Shown here: in pieces, positions 26,400-42,936 of the stretch
How the letters are laid out: each line of letters opens with the position of its first letter
Numbering within the stretch: the first letter of the stretch is position 1
Assembly (NCBI GenBank): GCA_951406725.2
Contig: OX597816.1
Coordinates: 80,352,001 to 80,416,000, forward strand
Direction of reading: 5' to 3'
From: Octopus vulgaris
Taxonomy: Eukaryota
DNA: 64,000 nucleotides
Notes under the pieces: model-generated
Told to the model about the DNA's origin: nothing
Databases searched by the model: none
Seen by the model: the letters and a program-made list of their open reading frames with translations, nothing else
Position numbers and translations under genes: made by a program

Positions 26400-27015
26400 T
26401 CACACTGTTATTAATGAGACCCTCCTCTCATATGTGGAATTTGGTGAATAAGGGAGAATGATGTCACTACCCTCATTAGCACTTCTTGATGTGAGGTAAG
26501 TTCATCTTGGACTCTCGACAGGAGGAGGTCCAATTTTGATTCGAAATCACCTACATCCACTTTGTGTGGGTCACTCAGGCTCTTTGGGATAATATTAAAA
26601 AGCTGTGGGCCCCTGAAACCCAGGCTGATACAGTAACTGGTCCTGGAACGCGATGGCATTGCTGGGATAATTGTCACGTGCAGAATCGATTCCTTCTGGT
26701 ATTGGTGTAGCTTTCAATGATAAATTTTGGCACAATTCCTTCCAGGATCTTGCAGATGGACATTACTGCATCCTTCTCCCGCCTTCGCACCAGAGAGTAG
26801 AGGCTTAGCTGTTTCAACCTTTCCTAGTAGCTGAGCTGTTGCAACGAGACGATCTTCTTTTCTTCAAGGTCTGCTGTTAATTTTGAACTGTTGGGTGACC
26901 ATAGTTGGGAGCAGTATTCCAGGCGGCTGAGGACGAATGTCTACCAGAGGCCCATCATGGTTTCCTTCTCTCAGGTTCTCATCGTTCTCAAGATAAGCCA
27001 GGCAGTTGGCTGCAC
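26400..27015 (-). mobile_element. Decayed CR1-group LINE 3' part (diverged subfamily)
   Basis: Minus strand [44 protein letters not shown], colinear with the ORF2 C-terminus at 1488-4421; 5' junction at a TA array. Confidence 0.85.
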
Positions 27016-27019
27016 TACT

Positions 27020-28970
<1,951 letters not shown>

Positions 28971-29892
28971 TTACTTCTCTAACAGGCTCAGCTATTTATT
29001 ATATAAAGACAGTTCTTTCGCTTGATTGATAAATATCTAATAGTGTTTGATTGAATCTATAAAGTTTTAATAGTTTGAAACCATAAAAGGAAGAAATTAC
29101 GATTGAAAAATCTCATTTACAATCCTTCATAAATTGTAATTAATTTTCCCTCAAGTTATAAATATAGTGTGTAGCTAAAATATGCAGCTATTTACATGAT
29201 TTATTTCCAGAATTTCACGAAAATTTCCTTATTTACATGTAATATTAGCTGCTTATTTCATAAAATGACACTGAGTGTTATTCACACCTTTCCTTGCCAA
29301 TGTACCTCGCTGTATGTGCTCAAGCTATAACATTATAATATAATATAATATAATATCATGTTATATAATAAATTTAAGATAATATAATGATTATAATAGA
29401 ATGTAATATAATATAAAATAATTCATATTATATTATTTTGTATTATCATATTATAATTATATTATATTACGTATTATAAACAGTAGCAGGCGGTATATAT
29501 TTCAAGCCGCCTCTCTTAAATCCGCAGCAAGGAACTTGATAAAGAATAGCGGAACCGTAAATCCCCGTTGCAGAATAAATAAGAGGGTTTAATAGAATAG
29601 AATAAACGAGAGATTAATATAATAACGAGTAATGTAAATTCAGTACGGTACAATGATTAGCACGTTTGAACTAACGCTAAACTATACTCATAGGATTTGA
29701 TTCTAGTCAATTGCTTTAGTCTTTCCGGGTAGTTGTATGAAGGTATATCGAAATGTATAAGCTTGATTCTAAGAATAACTACTAATACTTGGATATATAT
29801 TAATCTATACTCACAAGTATACTCTCAGGGAGGCATATACATGATGATAAATTTAAACACACATTAGATATTAGAAAATGTTCTAAATATAG

Positions 29893-29952
<60 letters not shown>

Positions 29953-30701
29953 ATGAATATTTGAGTAGTTGAATGAATTATCTTATTATGGATAATTCGA
30001 ATTAACCGATACCTGGGTAGCAAATTCACATCAGAAAAAACACGGTTGAAGTTACGTGCCTAGGGCATAGATTACGTGCTTTCGTGTGGAAATTTGTATG
30101 TTTATTTTAAAATATATATGTATATGGATATGTATGTGTATATAAGTGTATTTATACATATGTAATTATATATATGTATATATATACATATGTATACATG
30201 TGTGTGTATATATATATATGTATGGGTATACATATATGTATATATATATGCGTGTGTATATATGTGTATATAGAGCTGCATATATATATGTGTGTGTGTG
30301 TGTGTGTAAAAAGGTTGAATTAGATTCGTCCTTTAATTTGGAGGTTTCCAAAAAAGAGATTTCTAATATATTTCTTCATATCTTACTGGTAGGTTACTGA
30401 CGTAAAATTGCGAATATGAAGATGATACTTGTATATTGTGTGTTGTGAATATATGGAAAGGCATCCCATAAAACTCAACAATTTTGATAAAAATGGAGAA
30501 GAGAAGTTGTTAAAATATATAAGAGAATTAGAATTCATGCAGACGATCGTTTCGTACAGTGATATAAAATAAATCATGCAAATTCATGGTTGAATAGAAT
30601 TAATTAAATTAATTAGATTACTTTAAATTAATTATATATCACTGTACTCTTCAGTGCAAGAAGTATAAACAGAATTTTTTTACAAAGGATTTGAGAAAGG
30701 A

Positions 30702-30812
30702 TAAAATAGAATAGGATCTAAGAATTTTACATTTATCCTAAAATAGAATAGGATCTAAGAATTTTACATTTATCCTAAAATAGAATATGATCTAAGAATT
30801 TTACATTTATCC
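30702..30812. repeat. 37-bp tandem repeat x3
   Basis: TAAAATAGAATAGGATCTAAGAATTTTACATTTATCC at 30702, 30739 and 30776 (one substitution in the third). Confidence 0.95.
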
Positions 30813-30893
30813 TTATGAGAAAGAAAGATATGTGTGAGTCCAGTTAGGTAGTAACTGGACTCACACATATCTTTTTTCCTCATAAGGATAAAT
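30805..30893. repeat. Inverted repeat, 42-bp arms with 5-nt loop
   Basis: ATTTATCCTTATGAGAAAGAAAGATATGTGTGAGTCCAGTTA-ggtag-TAACTGGACTCACACATATCTTTTTTCCTCATAAGGATAAAT. Confidence 0.9.
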
Positions 30894-31751
30894 ATGAATC
30901 TGCCGACATTGGCACCAAGGATAGTAAGACAATCATCTAGGGAGAATTGAACTCTGTGAATTGCTTATAATGTAGCTTTAGGTTCTAAGAAGTGAAGAGA
31001 GAAGTGCTTAAGTGGCGGTGCTGCAATGCCACCGAAATTCTTATAGCAACACTGTTAAAAGTATATAGATTGTTAGAGAGAGAGAGAGAGAGAGAGGTGG
31101 ATAGAGCATACTTGTATATCGTCGGCTGGAGTGTATAAATGAGTGATTTTATGCCCAATCATCTGAGTAGGATTCCTCTGGATGCAGTCTCGGGCGTCTG
31201 AGTAGCAGCAAAACCATAATAAATGTCAAAGTAACACTCCATTTTGGGCCTCACTTGAGTTTTGTTGTCTGTCAGTAATTGCGAGGTAGGAACATTTTAT
31301 TTTCCCGAAAAAAAGAGCCACTCCCTGGCAAGCGGTCTCAGCTATGTTTAGTATATTGTGCTATCAGACGAGATACTCGACTTTCCACTTTGAGAGATCT
31401 TAGAGGCCTTAGCTGAATGCTACCCAAGTTTATAGAAGCAAGTGCTACGAAGATAATTTCTTGGTATTTGTAGATCTTATATCTTTACTACTTAAAAACA
31501 CAACTTGCGAGTCCGTTTGATGTTCAATTGTTTAAATGCTCGTACGAAACCTCAACTCAGAGTTTAGCACTCTAAGCTATAACATAGATGTTATGTGATG
31601 AGTAGCTTTTGGCAGCATTTTCAGCGATTCCTGTACTTTACTTCAAAGAAAGTTACAAGAGGAGAATTAGTTTCGAGGGATTGAAGTATACGTAAATGGA
31701 CTTCATTATTCGTACATCTTAATACAAATATAAACGCTCATATACATAAAT

Positions 31752-31807
<56 letters not shown>

Positions 31808-34800
31808 ATATATATAGATATATATTGCATGTAAAACTCAATCTTTTTTAATGCTTCATTATTCGCAACAATTATTTTTTTTCTATAAAACTCTGACTTC
31901 GGTACAGGAAACCCATTATTTACAAAGAAATTAATAGACGTAAGCAGTTTAAAATTTCAATTTCTTCGAAAATTATTTTGATAGTAGAATGTATAATCTT
32001 AAATTTTTTTCCAGTTGTATTATGAATATTTTTCAAACAGCAAACCAATTATGTTTCAATAAAAGTACTTGATTAAACTTGCTGCATGTGTCTTCACAAA
32101 AACATCTAAACATAACGCAACAAGTGTCTGCTTCAAGTAATAAATAAATAAACAATTAAATTCACTTCACATTGAATGCTACTGAATGTATCCTGTACTT
32201 TTGTTGTTTATATTCTCTGTAAATGCAAATATCTTGTTTTGTCACTTCCTAACGACAGAAATGGAAAGAAAATTGCGTGCCATATTTTGATAAGAGATAA
32301 TATTGCAGCATATCAAAACAAAACAATGATTACCTCACGTAGTCGGATGGAAACATTTATTAAATATAGTTTCGACATCGATGTATTTTCTTTTGTTGTC
32401 TAAAATGATTTTAGTTTTTACTAGTGAAATACAAAATTTATACATATTTTGAAAAATTTCATCTCGATTTCTCTCGAGTATGCATAATTGGTTCACTTCT
32501 CTAATTACAAAAAGAAAAAAGAAAAGAAAAAGAGAAAGAAAAAAAAGAAAGAAAATCTATTTCAATTGCAAGAACTAACTAGCAAGGCTAACCCTCTAAC
32601 AATGGAGCATCTTGTGTTCTGAAACATTACACTAATTATCGTCTTCTTACGAATCAGTTTCCATGATACAGGATGCTGGTGTTATTATGATGATAATTAT
32701 GACAATTAATACAGAATTCTTATTGATGGCAGTGCCCCAGCATGACCACATTCCGCAGGTAGAGAATAGAAAAAGACTACACCTTAGTGGATTTATATTA
32801 ATATAATGATAATACCAATATTTAGTAGTAGTATACAGATTTAGTATAGTATACAGATGAATGTAAGAATAAAGAATAATCTTGAATGTTAATACATTTC
32901 ACGAAACATTTATTCGGCATTTATCCTCTGTCCCTCCTGCTGCTTAGATATCCTAACATTTCTACACTTAAACTTTTTCTTATCATCTATTGTGATTCTG
33001 ACATCCATGATACTTTACGCGGTCACACACAAATATATACATATATACATCATACATATATATATATATATATATATACATACATACATACACATGTATG
33101 TATTGATGTATCATTAAAGTAACCATGCAGTTGCAATCTAACAATTAAATTCCGAAGCTTCAGGTGTTTACCAAAATTTTGAATTCCTTTTCACTAGAAA
33201 AAGGTCGATCGATCACATCAGTGCATCCAATGTTCAAATTATATTTAGCATTAAAATTACAAACAGGATTAGTATTTTGTCTAAATTGTACACGATTTCT
33301 ATGACCATACATTTTGTTTATGACATTTCAATAAATTTATATTTAATGTCAGTAACTCATCAGTCTGACTCTGACTCCATATATAGAATTCAATACCTGA
33401 CCGTGAAGGAGCGTGTCTAAAGAACGCAGAACATTTTGGCGAACATTTTACTGATTCTTTCATCAACTTGTCTCATTGACTTAAGAATATAAATAAAATC
33501 CAGTTAGTCTTGCTGTAAAATATAGGAGTTTTTCACAAATATTTGTCGCACTTCATAATACGATAAGTCCGTCACATATCACACGAATTTATTGCCTCCA
33601 CTATTCAACCAAAAACGTTGCCGTCACTTAGCTGATTTAGTAAATAAGAGATACTACTACTAAAATATCTGTATAATTATTCTACCAAATACTTGGGAAA
33701 TATTTACGGAGGAAAATTAAAGGGATCGATATACAGCACAATTACTAAACAGTTCACATAGTGAACAGTTCTCATTCTGAAATATTTGTTAAATATGGTA
33801 CAGAGTGTTTCATTTAATTATATATTGCACTAATATTAGAGCCTATATTTCTCTTATGTCACACCCGAGAAAGAAGCTGCAGTTTCATTGTTTAATGGCA
33901 AGTGTTCTCAGTTTGTTAGAGGATTAGCCATAAGTTATATGATATACAAGTAAGAAAGAACGATGGGGAAATGATACACGTACGTTTGTCATTGGAAGTT
34001 TTACAGATTATTGAAATTTATCATAAATTTCTTTATTTCACTTTGATTTTGGATTTAAATGCATTTTCTGTTATCCATATGGTGTTATAGTAATTTGATA
34101 ATTGTTTGTTCCAAGAAAGAGCGAAAGTGAGAGAGAGAGACAGAGCGGTAGAGAAAGTGAAATGGTACCAAATTTTATTCGTAGTAACCTTTAGAGAATA
34201 GTTTCAATTGGATGTCTTTTAAGCTGATTGGTTTCTATGCAAAAATATAATTACTTGAGATACACAGACATACGTACACCCATGATGTATGAGTAAATTT
34301 TAGTTAACGTTTCAAAACAACAACAACAAAAACAACAACAGCAACAACAAAACAAACAATAAAAACAGGTTATCTCCAGTTATATTGAAATGAGTCAATG
34401 CAAATGGGTTGAAAAGAAGTGTAAAAAGTACATATGTCTAGGCACAAACATTAACCTGTCTGTTCACTTACTGCAGTCATGTTAAGTGTAATGCACTTGT
34501 GATGTTTTTTCTTTTTTTCATTGTATGTTGCTTTATTTATACAACAATAATGACATTTGATTAATATGTACATCTATAATAGTAAAATAAAATTTTTTAA
34601 AATGTGGGGAAGGGAAAAGAGACAGTCGGAGTGAAAATATGGTGAAAATAACTGCTCTCTATAATTGAGACATCAACCTATTTTATGCAAGTATTTCAAG
34701 TATTATATTAACGTTTGATGATGAGTATATCCTCCTTGTTGCTTTACTTAAAAGCATTCATTGACAGATAAGAATTTCAAATAGGAAATTGCAGTAGAGT

Positions 34801-35284
34801 GTGTTGAACCAATCAATTAGTAATGAAATAAGATTGAGTAACAGTAATTGGTGCAGTGGTATAATAACATTGTTAATGACTGATGTTAGAAACTTTGATA
34901 AAAGTTGATGATAAATAAATCGAATTAATATTAATTACAATAAGAGCAATAATATTAATATAGAAGTATTAAAAAAAAACAGCAATAAGAATTCTGATCA
35001 ACCTGGCATTTTAATTTTTTTACTTGTATGTTGTATGTTTTTTGTTGGATTTTTTTTCGCCTTTTCGAATGAATTAAATGAAAAAATAGCATACCACAAC
35101 TACTTGAGAATAATTTTTTTTTCTTAGAAAATAAGAAGTTGTGTCAGCAAGGTATTATTTATGAAGAAAAACATTTCTTTACCAAACGTTGACATTTTAC
35201 TGCATACAACATACATCCTGACATTTTTGCGATTCGGAATTTATTTTGTATTATAGATGTAAATGTGCATCTTATTGTTATTTC

Positions 35285-35371
<87 letters not shown>

Positions 35372-35945
35372 AGTGTATTTGTATGTTTGTATCTTATATG
35401 AATGCTTCTGTTTGTATTCATATGCATATATATAAGCATATACTTATACTCTGACAGACGTATGAAAACTTATATATAGGCATAAGATTTATGTGCGTAT
35501 AAAGACTCTAACACACGTGTATATAATTTTTTGATAGTGTAGTAGGGTATATGTGGGGTATATAAAACTGACTGATATATATATATATATATATGCATAG
35601 ATCTTTATATATATATATAAATAGGTATGTATATACATCTATGTGTGTGTATATACATTTATATATATGAGTGTGTATATGCATATACGTATACATTTAT
35701 ATATAAACACATATTTATATACATACACATGTATATATATATATATATATATATAAATGCATTTATATATATGTATATATTTATATATATATATACACAT
35801 GCATTTATACATATATGTATATACATACGTTTACATACATATATATTTATATATACATACCATCATTTATATATATATATCTGTATATATGCATTTATAT
35901 ATTTATATACTTATATATATATATACATACATTTATATATATGTA

Positions 35946-35990
<45 letters not shown>

Positions 35991-36368
35991 CAGTTATTTG
36001 TATATATATGTATGTATATATATACAGTTATTTGTATATATATATATGTATGTATATATATACAGTTATATATATATATATGTATGTATATATATACAGT
36101 TATTTGTATATATATATATGTATGTATATATATACAGTTATTTGTGTATATATATGTATGTATGTGTATATATATATGTATGTATATATATACAGTTATT
36201 TGTGTATATATATGTATGTATGTATATATATATATATGTATATATTTATATATATACAGACGTATATATAGTTACATTCATTTATATATATATATATGTA
36301 TATACATGTATATATAGATATATATATATATATATACAAATGTACATATACATTTACACACACACTCA

Positions 36369-36410
<42 letters not shown>

Positions 36411-36994
36411 GAGAGAGAGAGGTTGCTTGACAGATATAGAGATACAGAAAGATATAGAGAAAGACAGAGGGATATTAAGAAAGATATACAAACATCGTTG
36501 AAATATTTTAGTGGTAGGAACATTGTAATTAAGGCGAAACCATGTGTCTATACATGATATACATAAGAGAGTAAGACGAGGATATACAATTACTTAACAT
36601 TTGTAGAAATATACAGGCATTTCAACACCTCTGCTTACCATCTATCATTCCTAGTTGATTTATAGTGGAAATATTGATTTGTATAATAGACGTTCGCACT
36701 CATAAAATACATCAAATATATATATATATATACATGTATAATGCATATACATAGGCATGTATATATATAAGTATTTATGTATGTATAAATATGTATATGT
36801 ACATATAAGTTTGCATGTGTATATTTATGTATATGTATATATGTATGTGTAAGCTTATGTATATTCATACGTTATTTATGTGATTTGTATATGTGTATGC
36901 ATCATGTGCATGTGTGTGTACATGAATATATATGATCACACACATATATATATATATATGTATATATGCTTATATATATATATGTATATATGCG

Positions 36995-37039
<45 letters not shown>

Positions 37040-37040
37040 C
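35285..37040. repeat. Degenerate TA/CA low-complexity region with a TACAGTTATTTG-marked higher-order repeat at about 35990-36210
   Basis: Directly visible. Confidence 0.85.
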
Positions 37041-37355
37041 CACGTTGGTACTTGCATATGATTTTATTCACGGATACATGCATACACCTTTCGGAATCAA
37101 AGTCGCATGTTAGAGTTTTAAAATGTCTTACTCGTGAAAGAACATGCCAAATATTTTATGTTAGGATAATTTTCATTGTTCCACTATGTTTCTCAGTCCT
37201 TAGAGTTTTTGCTCTGAGGATTTTTTAAAATGTTTTTCAGAGTTCTTCATATTATCTTTTCTGTTTGATATTTATAATAATAAAAGTCTTTATTATTATT
37301 CTTATTATTTTGTATGGTTATGATTATAGTTTTAATAGCAATAGTAATAATAATG

Positions 37356-37621
37356 TCATACTGGGCGATTGAAGAAATTGTCTGATGTTGGTTTCACCAC
37401 ATCGTTAAGTAATATTTCCTCGCTGGGTTCTCGTCTTGTTGTGAAACGTTGAGGCATGTAACGACGTGAATGACCTTCGTAAGAATATGCTTGGTTTTCC
37501 AAGCCCGAATCGATCGGTACTGCTGGGACGAATCCATGTCCGCTGCGTCGAGGACCATTTACAGGATAAAAATGGCTCGTTTCTCGTTTAGGTGTCATCG
37601 CTGCTAACTCGCCCAGGTTAT
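37356..37621 (-). CDS. Terminal coding exon of a candidate host gene (possible secreted peptide precursor)
   Basis: Acceptor ttttgttatttttcatcatttcag|; (D)NLGELAAMTPKRETSHFYPVNGPRRSGHGFVPAVPIDSGLENQAYSYEGHSRRYMPQRFTTRREPSEEILLNDVVKPTSDNFFNRPV*; higher GC than flanks; AATAAA at 37294-37289. Confidence 0.7.
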
Positions 37622-37767
37622 CTGAAATGATGAAAAATAACAAAACGGTGAAATATCATTAGTTATTCATTTATTACTTCAAAGAATGTGAGAAAAAACG
37701 GATACAATTATACAAATTAATGTTAATATAAATAAACAAATGAAAGTACAAATATTTGTGCGTATAC

Positions 37768-37805
<38 letters not shown>

Positions 37806-37828
37806 TATCTATTCTTGTGTGCATATGA

Positions 37829-38120
37829 TGGTGCGTGGCCTAGTGGTTAAGCTATTGGGTTCGCGATATTGAGTCCAATTTCTGGCGGTGAGTTGTGTCA
37901 TTGAGAAAGATACTTTATGTCGCGTTGCTCCAGTCCTCTCAGCGGTAATTCAAAAGGCCAACCTTATCACCTGTGTCACACTGAATCTCGCTGAGAACTA
38001 TGTTATTGATACGAGTGCCTATTGTGTGTTCAGCTAGTGGCAAGTTAATTTCACAAACAGGCTGTTCCGATGATCGTGTCAACTGGAACCCTCATCATCG
38101 TAACTGGTGGTGTACCAGTT
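37829..38120 (+). mobile_element. Decayed Meta-like tRNA-derived SINE
   Basis: GGTGCGTGGCCTAGTGGTTA A box; TTGTGTCATTGAGAAAGATACTTTATGTCGCGTTGCTCCAGT similar to the 4877-5224 element. Confidence 0.65.
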
Positions 38121-39373
38121 GTATGCATTCATTATTTAAATTCTGTTCTGAGATTTAAGTTACTATAACTACGATGATAGTTTTAATGTGTTTTGTGCAT
38201 GAAATGTTAAAAAGTTTAATTAGAAGTAAATATGTCGTGTGATAAATATAATAGAAGTAAATATTTTGGTCTTACTCTAATTTCCTGAATACTTTACCTT
38301 CTTACGAAATTAACGATGAATAAAATAAGTCAATACACAAGATTGTATATTGGTGTAAATAAACAAAATATTTGGAGAGTAAATGAAGCAGAAGAACTAC
38401 CTGTATCAAAAAGTTTGTGTTAATATATATAATGTAGAAAGCCTCAAATATTTATGTATTAAAATAAAAAGACGATATTACTAAATTGCTAATTTCATTA
38501 TTAATGTAACCAACCGTCTCTAAATATAGATAATTGGAATTGTTCAAGGATTTGACGAGAGACCCATCACCACCATCACCACCATCATCACCACCATTAC
38601 CAACGTTCAAAACATTTCAGTATAAACAATAACAATATGTTAAAAATGAGAACAATAATTATTTCTAATATACCAATAGCTCGCTCGCAATGTTTGAGTG
38701 ATGCGATATGGTAGATTAAATCGAATCAAGTACTTGATCGGTACTTACTCTACCATCTTTGAAATGACGAAAGGGGGAAAAGAAAAATATGACTTGGTTA
38801 AGAAATCAACCCAGAAGTTAAGTAAACGTAAGTAAATACTGAAAGATATTTAGTCGTATCTGTTTCTGATAGTGCTATCTTCCGCCCAAAGAAAGAAATA
38901 ATATATAACAGTCAGAAATTGCAAGTTTTAAGAAAGAGTATGGTTGAGGAAGTAGTTCACTGTACTTAACTAGTAAATATTTTATCTGTCCGTAGGTTTG
39001 GAAGAAGAAGTGAACTCCAGCTGCATTTGAACTTAGACGTTACTAAACACCATTTGAAAATATGGAGCGTTCTATAGCTTCTATCCTAAAAAAGGATAAT
39101 GCTATTGAGAATGATGAAATCGTTATACATCGATGTCGATGTTTCTGATACAAACTCATCTCATATGTACACAAATCAATTCAGGCATACCAAAAGAGTA
39201 CTTTTCGATGACGTAAGCATCAAACCACAAGGGAGTGATGTATGAAACAAGAGAAAATGAAAATGAAATGAAATAGGACGCAGAGAACCATTTCTTGAGC
39301 TTTGAATATAAAAATACCTTTTAGATCATAATGTAAATCTATATAAAGCAAGAATTAAACTGTGAATACGCAC

Positions 39374-39402
39374 CAGGACGTCCTGCATGAATAATAGATA
39401 GC
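39374..39402 (-). CDS. Candidate 29-nt internal exon of the same gene
   Basis: ctcttctatag|GCTATCTATTATTCATGCAGGACGTCCTG|gtgcgt; read as LSIIHAGRP it ends in phase 1, matching the terminal exon. Confidence 0.45.
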
Positions 39403-40061
39403 CTATAGAAGAGTATCATCGACAATGCAAAACCAAAATGTACAAAATAAACGTAATAATTATATTGCAATATAACGTGCGCCATTAAAGTATGATTAAA
39501 GAAACCAGAAAAAAACTAAATGGGAAATAGGGAACTTTGATTTTTTATTTAGGAATACAACCATACATTTTGGAGGACAGGCGTAGTTGACTATACTTAT
39601 CCACTATATTGACTGGTATTTATTTTATTCATCCGCAGTCAGCAGATAAATAAAATGCCTGTCGGGATTAGAAACTTATATTTTAAAGTGGCGCAACTAA
39701 AAACTACCTTTCATCCGATGCTGCAAGGATCCTGTCTATTCGACGCCATAGCGAAATGTACCATTCGGATATAATTAAATAAGTTAACCAAAAGTAAATG
39801 GAAATGAGAAAATTATATATTCAACAAAAATATATATGTATATGCTTCTAAGCTCCAGAAATATCTTGGCTAATAGGAAGGAAAAATAATATTTAATCTA
39901 GCATTCTTGGTCTTTATTGTGTAACGGAGCAGCAAAGGAGAATCGGCCAAATGGTAAACCTGCCCTTGAACCTTAAGACTTGGTATCGATCCTTCTTATA
40001 CAAAGATAAAAAGGCTATTGTATCCGAATGAGGTAATATATATATATATATATATATAATT

Positions 40062-40258
40062 TTATTTGTTTAAGTCATTTGACTACGACCCGAGCGCCGC
40101 CTTGAAGTGTTTCTGTCGAACAATTCGACCCAAGGCCTTTTTCAGCCTAGTACTTTTTCAATAGGTCTTACTGCTGAATTGCAAAGTTTAGGAGGCGTAA
40201 ACACTCCAAAATCGGTTGTCACAGATGATGGCGAAGTAAACACAGACATAAAGATTCG

Positions 40259-40352
<94 letters not shown>

Positions 40353-40512
40353 CGACGGGCTTCTTTCAGTTTCCGTCTACCAAATCCACTCAAAAGGCTT
40401 TGATCGGCCCATGACTATATTAGTAGTCACTTGACCAAGGTGCCATGCAGTGCGACTGAACTCAAAACCTTGTGGTTAGGAAGCAAGTTTCCTATAACAC
40501 AGCCACGCCTTC
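40062..40512 (-). mobile_element. Composite SINE with internal (CA)n(TA)n microsatellite
   Basis: tRNA-like head at about 40512-40430 with CACCTTGGTCAAGTGACT core; distal part matches 54105-54320. Confidence 0.75.
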
Positions 40513-40984
40513 GTCTATATATGTATATATATTATGTGTGTGTGTGTGCGTAAACATTATAAAAAAATATCACTTTGATTTATAGAGCATAAAACCTGAG
40601 TATTTTATAAATATAAACTAATTTAAATGTGAAGCAATTAAAAAATAAAGTATGTTCTACTTTCCCCGGGTGGTTTTCGAATATATTGTGTCTCTATAAG
40701 GTCGTCTAATAGAAATGAGCGAGAAAGTACGTGTGAATGTGTATGTGTGTATGGTGTGTGTGTGAGTGTGTTTGTAAGCGAGAAGGGAATGATGTGAGGC
40801 AACGACTGGAAGCAAGTACAACACTCCATCATAACTCAGGCTTTCATCCTGTTCTCCTAAATGCTCCTTGTTCCATCCCCAGGGTAACCTAGATCCGAGA
40901 TGTTTCCTTCACGCATTATTCCAGTTCGAATGGGGATTCGAGTCAAACAGATAAACAGAAAAAAGATGACACAAATAAAATTAC

Positions 40985-41035
40985 CTTGCATACCCCGAGT
41001 ATACAGCAGAAGATAAATATGTATTTGTTTACCTC
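40985..41035 (-). CDS. Candidate signal-peptide exon (alternative donor after 40994)
   Basis: catctcttcag|GAG GTA AAC AAA TAC ATA TTT ATC TTC TGC TGT ATA CTC GGG GTA TGC AAG|gtaatt = EVNKYIFIFCCILGVCK, in frame with ATG|gtaagt at 42939. Confidence 0.55.
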
Positions 41036-42097
41036 CTGAAGAGATGTTATATTATCAAGAATTGCAATTACATGATGGTTTTACCCCCAAACTTCCAATT
41101 TACTAAGAAACAGAACATAGCTCACAATTGTTCAGGAAAATGTTCGTTAATATGTAATATTTAATGAGTCAAGGAATGAGACGTAATCTTCCTTAAATTA
41201 ATCAATGAAAAGCTTCGTCTTCATGAAATTTGATCTATTTAAGAAAGTCAATCCCAAACTATCCTAAAATCGGACTTGATGCCGGCACTGGCATAATCAT
41301 GAGAAAATTGAGAAAAATGTCTGTGATATCTACCCACAGTCATTTACCTTCTGATTTCAAATCCCACCGAGGTTAACTTTAACTTCCATCTTTCAAGGAA
41401 TGAGAAACAACTCACCGATTCAATATTTCTGTAAAGCATCGTAGATGCCTACAGAATTATAAAAGTAGTAGAAAACTTTGAATTGAAGCAGAGTTGTTAA
41501 TTGACCATAAAATTCTGAGAACACGATTGAAATCTGTAAGAAATTTAGACTTCTTATCTATAATTTCAGACAAATTCTATAATTATAAAATCTTGATCAA
41601 CAACTTGGAGAAAGTATTCACTTATTATATTAGCACAAGTTCACACTGACACGGGGGAGTAATATAATCGATTGAATCAACTCTTAGTATTTTACAGGAG
41701 GTTTAGGTATCGACATCGAAAAAATAAAAGACAAGTGAATGTCTGTGTGAAAATGTTGAAGAAAATATTAATCATAGCGTATCCTGTGTCTATTTCTCTA
41801 TAATCATCAATGCTACGATTATAACCAATAGCTGTTTTTCACCATATTTGATACAGAATAAAATGGTAATCGTTATTTCAACTATTTTACTCCTAATATA
41901 TATTTATAGTTCAATCAGCCAATCAACCATGCACTAATCGATCATTCAACTAAATCAATATTTAATATCCATTTATCTCACGAAAACGCTACATGAACAA
42001 AATGAATCGTGGGAGGCTTCTAAGTGGTTAGTTTTATGCTTTGTAATGAGAAGTATCCGTCAATGAATGATAAAGCCTATTAATTTCAAAGGAAATA

Positions 42098-42258
42098 CAG
42101 GCGCAAGCTTGCCTGTGTGGTTAAGAACTTCGCTTCACAATCATGCAGTTCTGGTTTCGATACTAAGACGTAAGTCTTGGTCAATTTTGTCACTGCAATC
42201 TTGGTTTCACAAATGTTTATGAGTAGATTTTGGTAGACAAATACTACGCGAAAGCCCT
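42098..42258 (+). mobile_element. Decayed SINE head (family of 40062-40512)
   Basis: GCCTGTGTGGTTAAGAACTTCGCTTC..GGTTTCGAT..GAGTAGATTTTGGTAGAC followed by (TATG)n. Confidence 0.55.
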
Positions 42259-42267
42259 TCATGTATG

Positions 42268-42299
<32 letters not shown>

Positions 42300-42936
42300 T
42301 GTATGTATGTATGGACGTGTGTATGTAAATGTCGAACAATGAGTATGAGTGTTCAACGCCGCACTGGTTGGATAAAATTTCTTTGTGTATTACGTCTATC
42401 GTTGGTTTCATGTTAATAAAATATCTTAATATCTTAGCCATTTTTCAAGCCGATCATATGGAAGAATGGTGTGTGTGTGTGTGTGAAAAATAGGCTGGTG
42501 CTTTGAGACAATAATCCTACGCTTCACACAAGGTCTGTGACAGTCACCGTTCTTAATGTAGTGAATCAGCGATCAGTAACCAACGAGGTTATCGTTCAAA
42601 AATACTGTATAATTCCAATAAGTAGGCATGTGAAAGTATGACCTATTTTAAATTCTTCTATAGGCTAAGGAAACAAAAGGAAGTGAAACGATTTCAAAGA
42701 AAATAGAAGTACTAAAGAGGTTCTTCTACCCGTTTTTTGTCTAACTCATCCTTCCCAGTGAAATTAAAGTATGTTTTGGCATAATGAATCCAATAGATTC
42801 TTCACTAAACTGTATGCATAATAAAATTTGAAATCAATGCTTCAAGTTAACGGAACAATACTTTTGCTGTTTTTAGCATTCATCTACACCAGTACACATT
42901 AGCTAAATATACATAAAACACAATGATACAACTTAC

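Noticed and set aside
30702-30812. CRISPR-like 37-bp repeats
   Set aside because: Units are head-to-tail with no spacers, no cas genes, eukaryotic context
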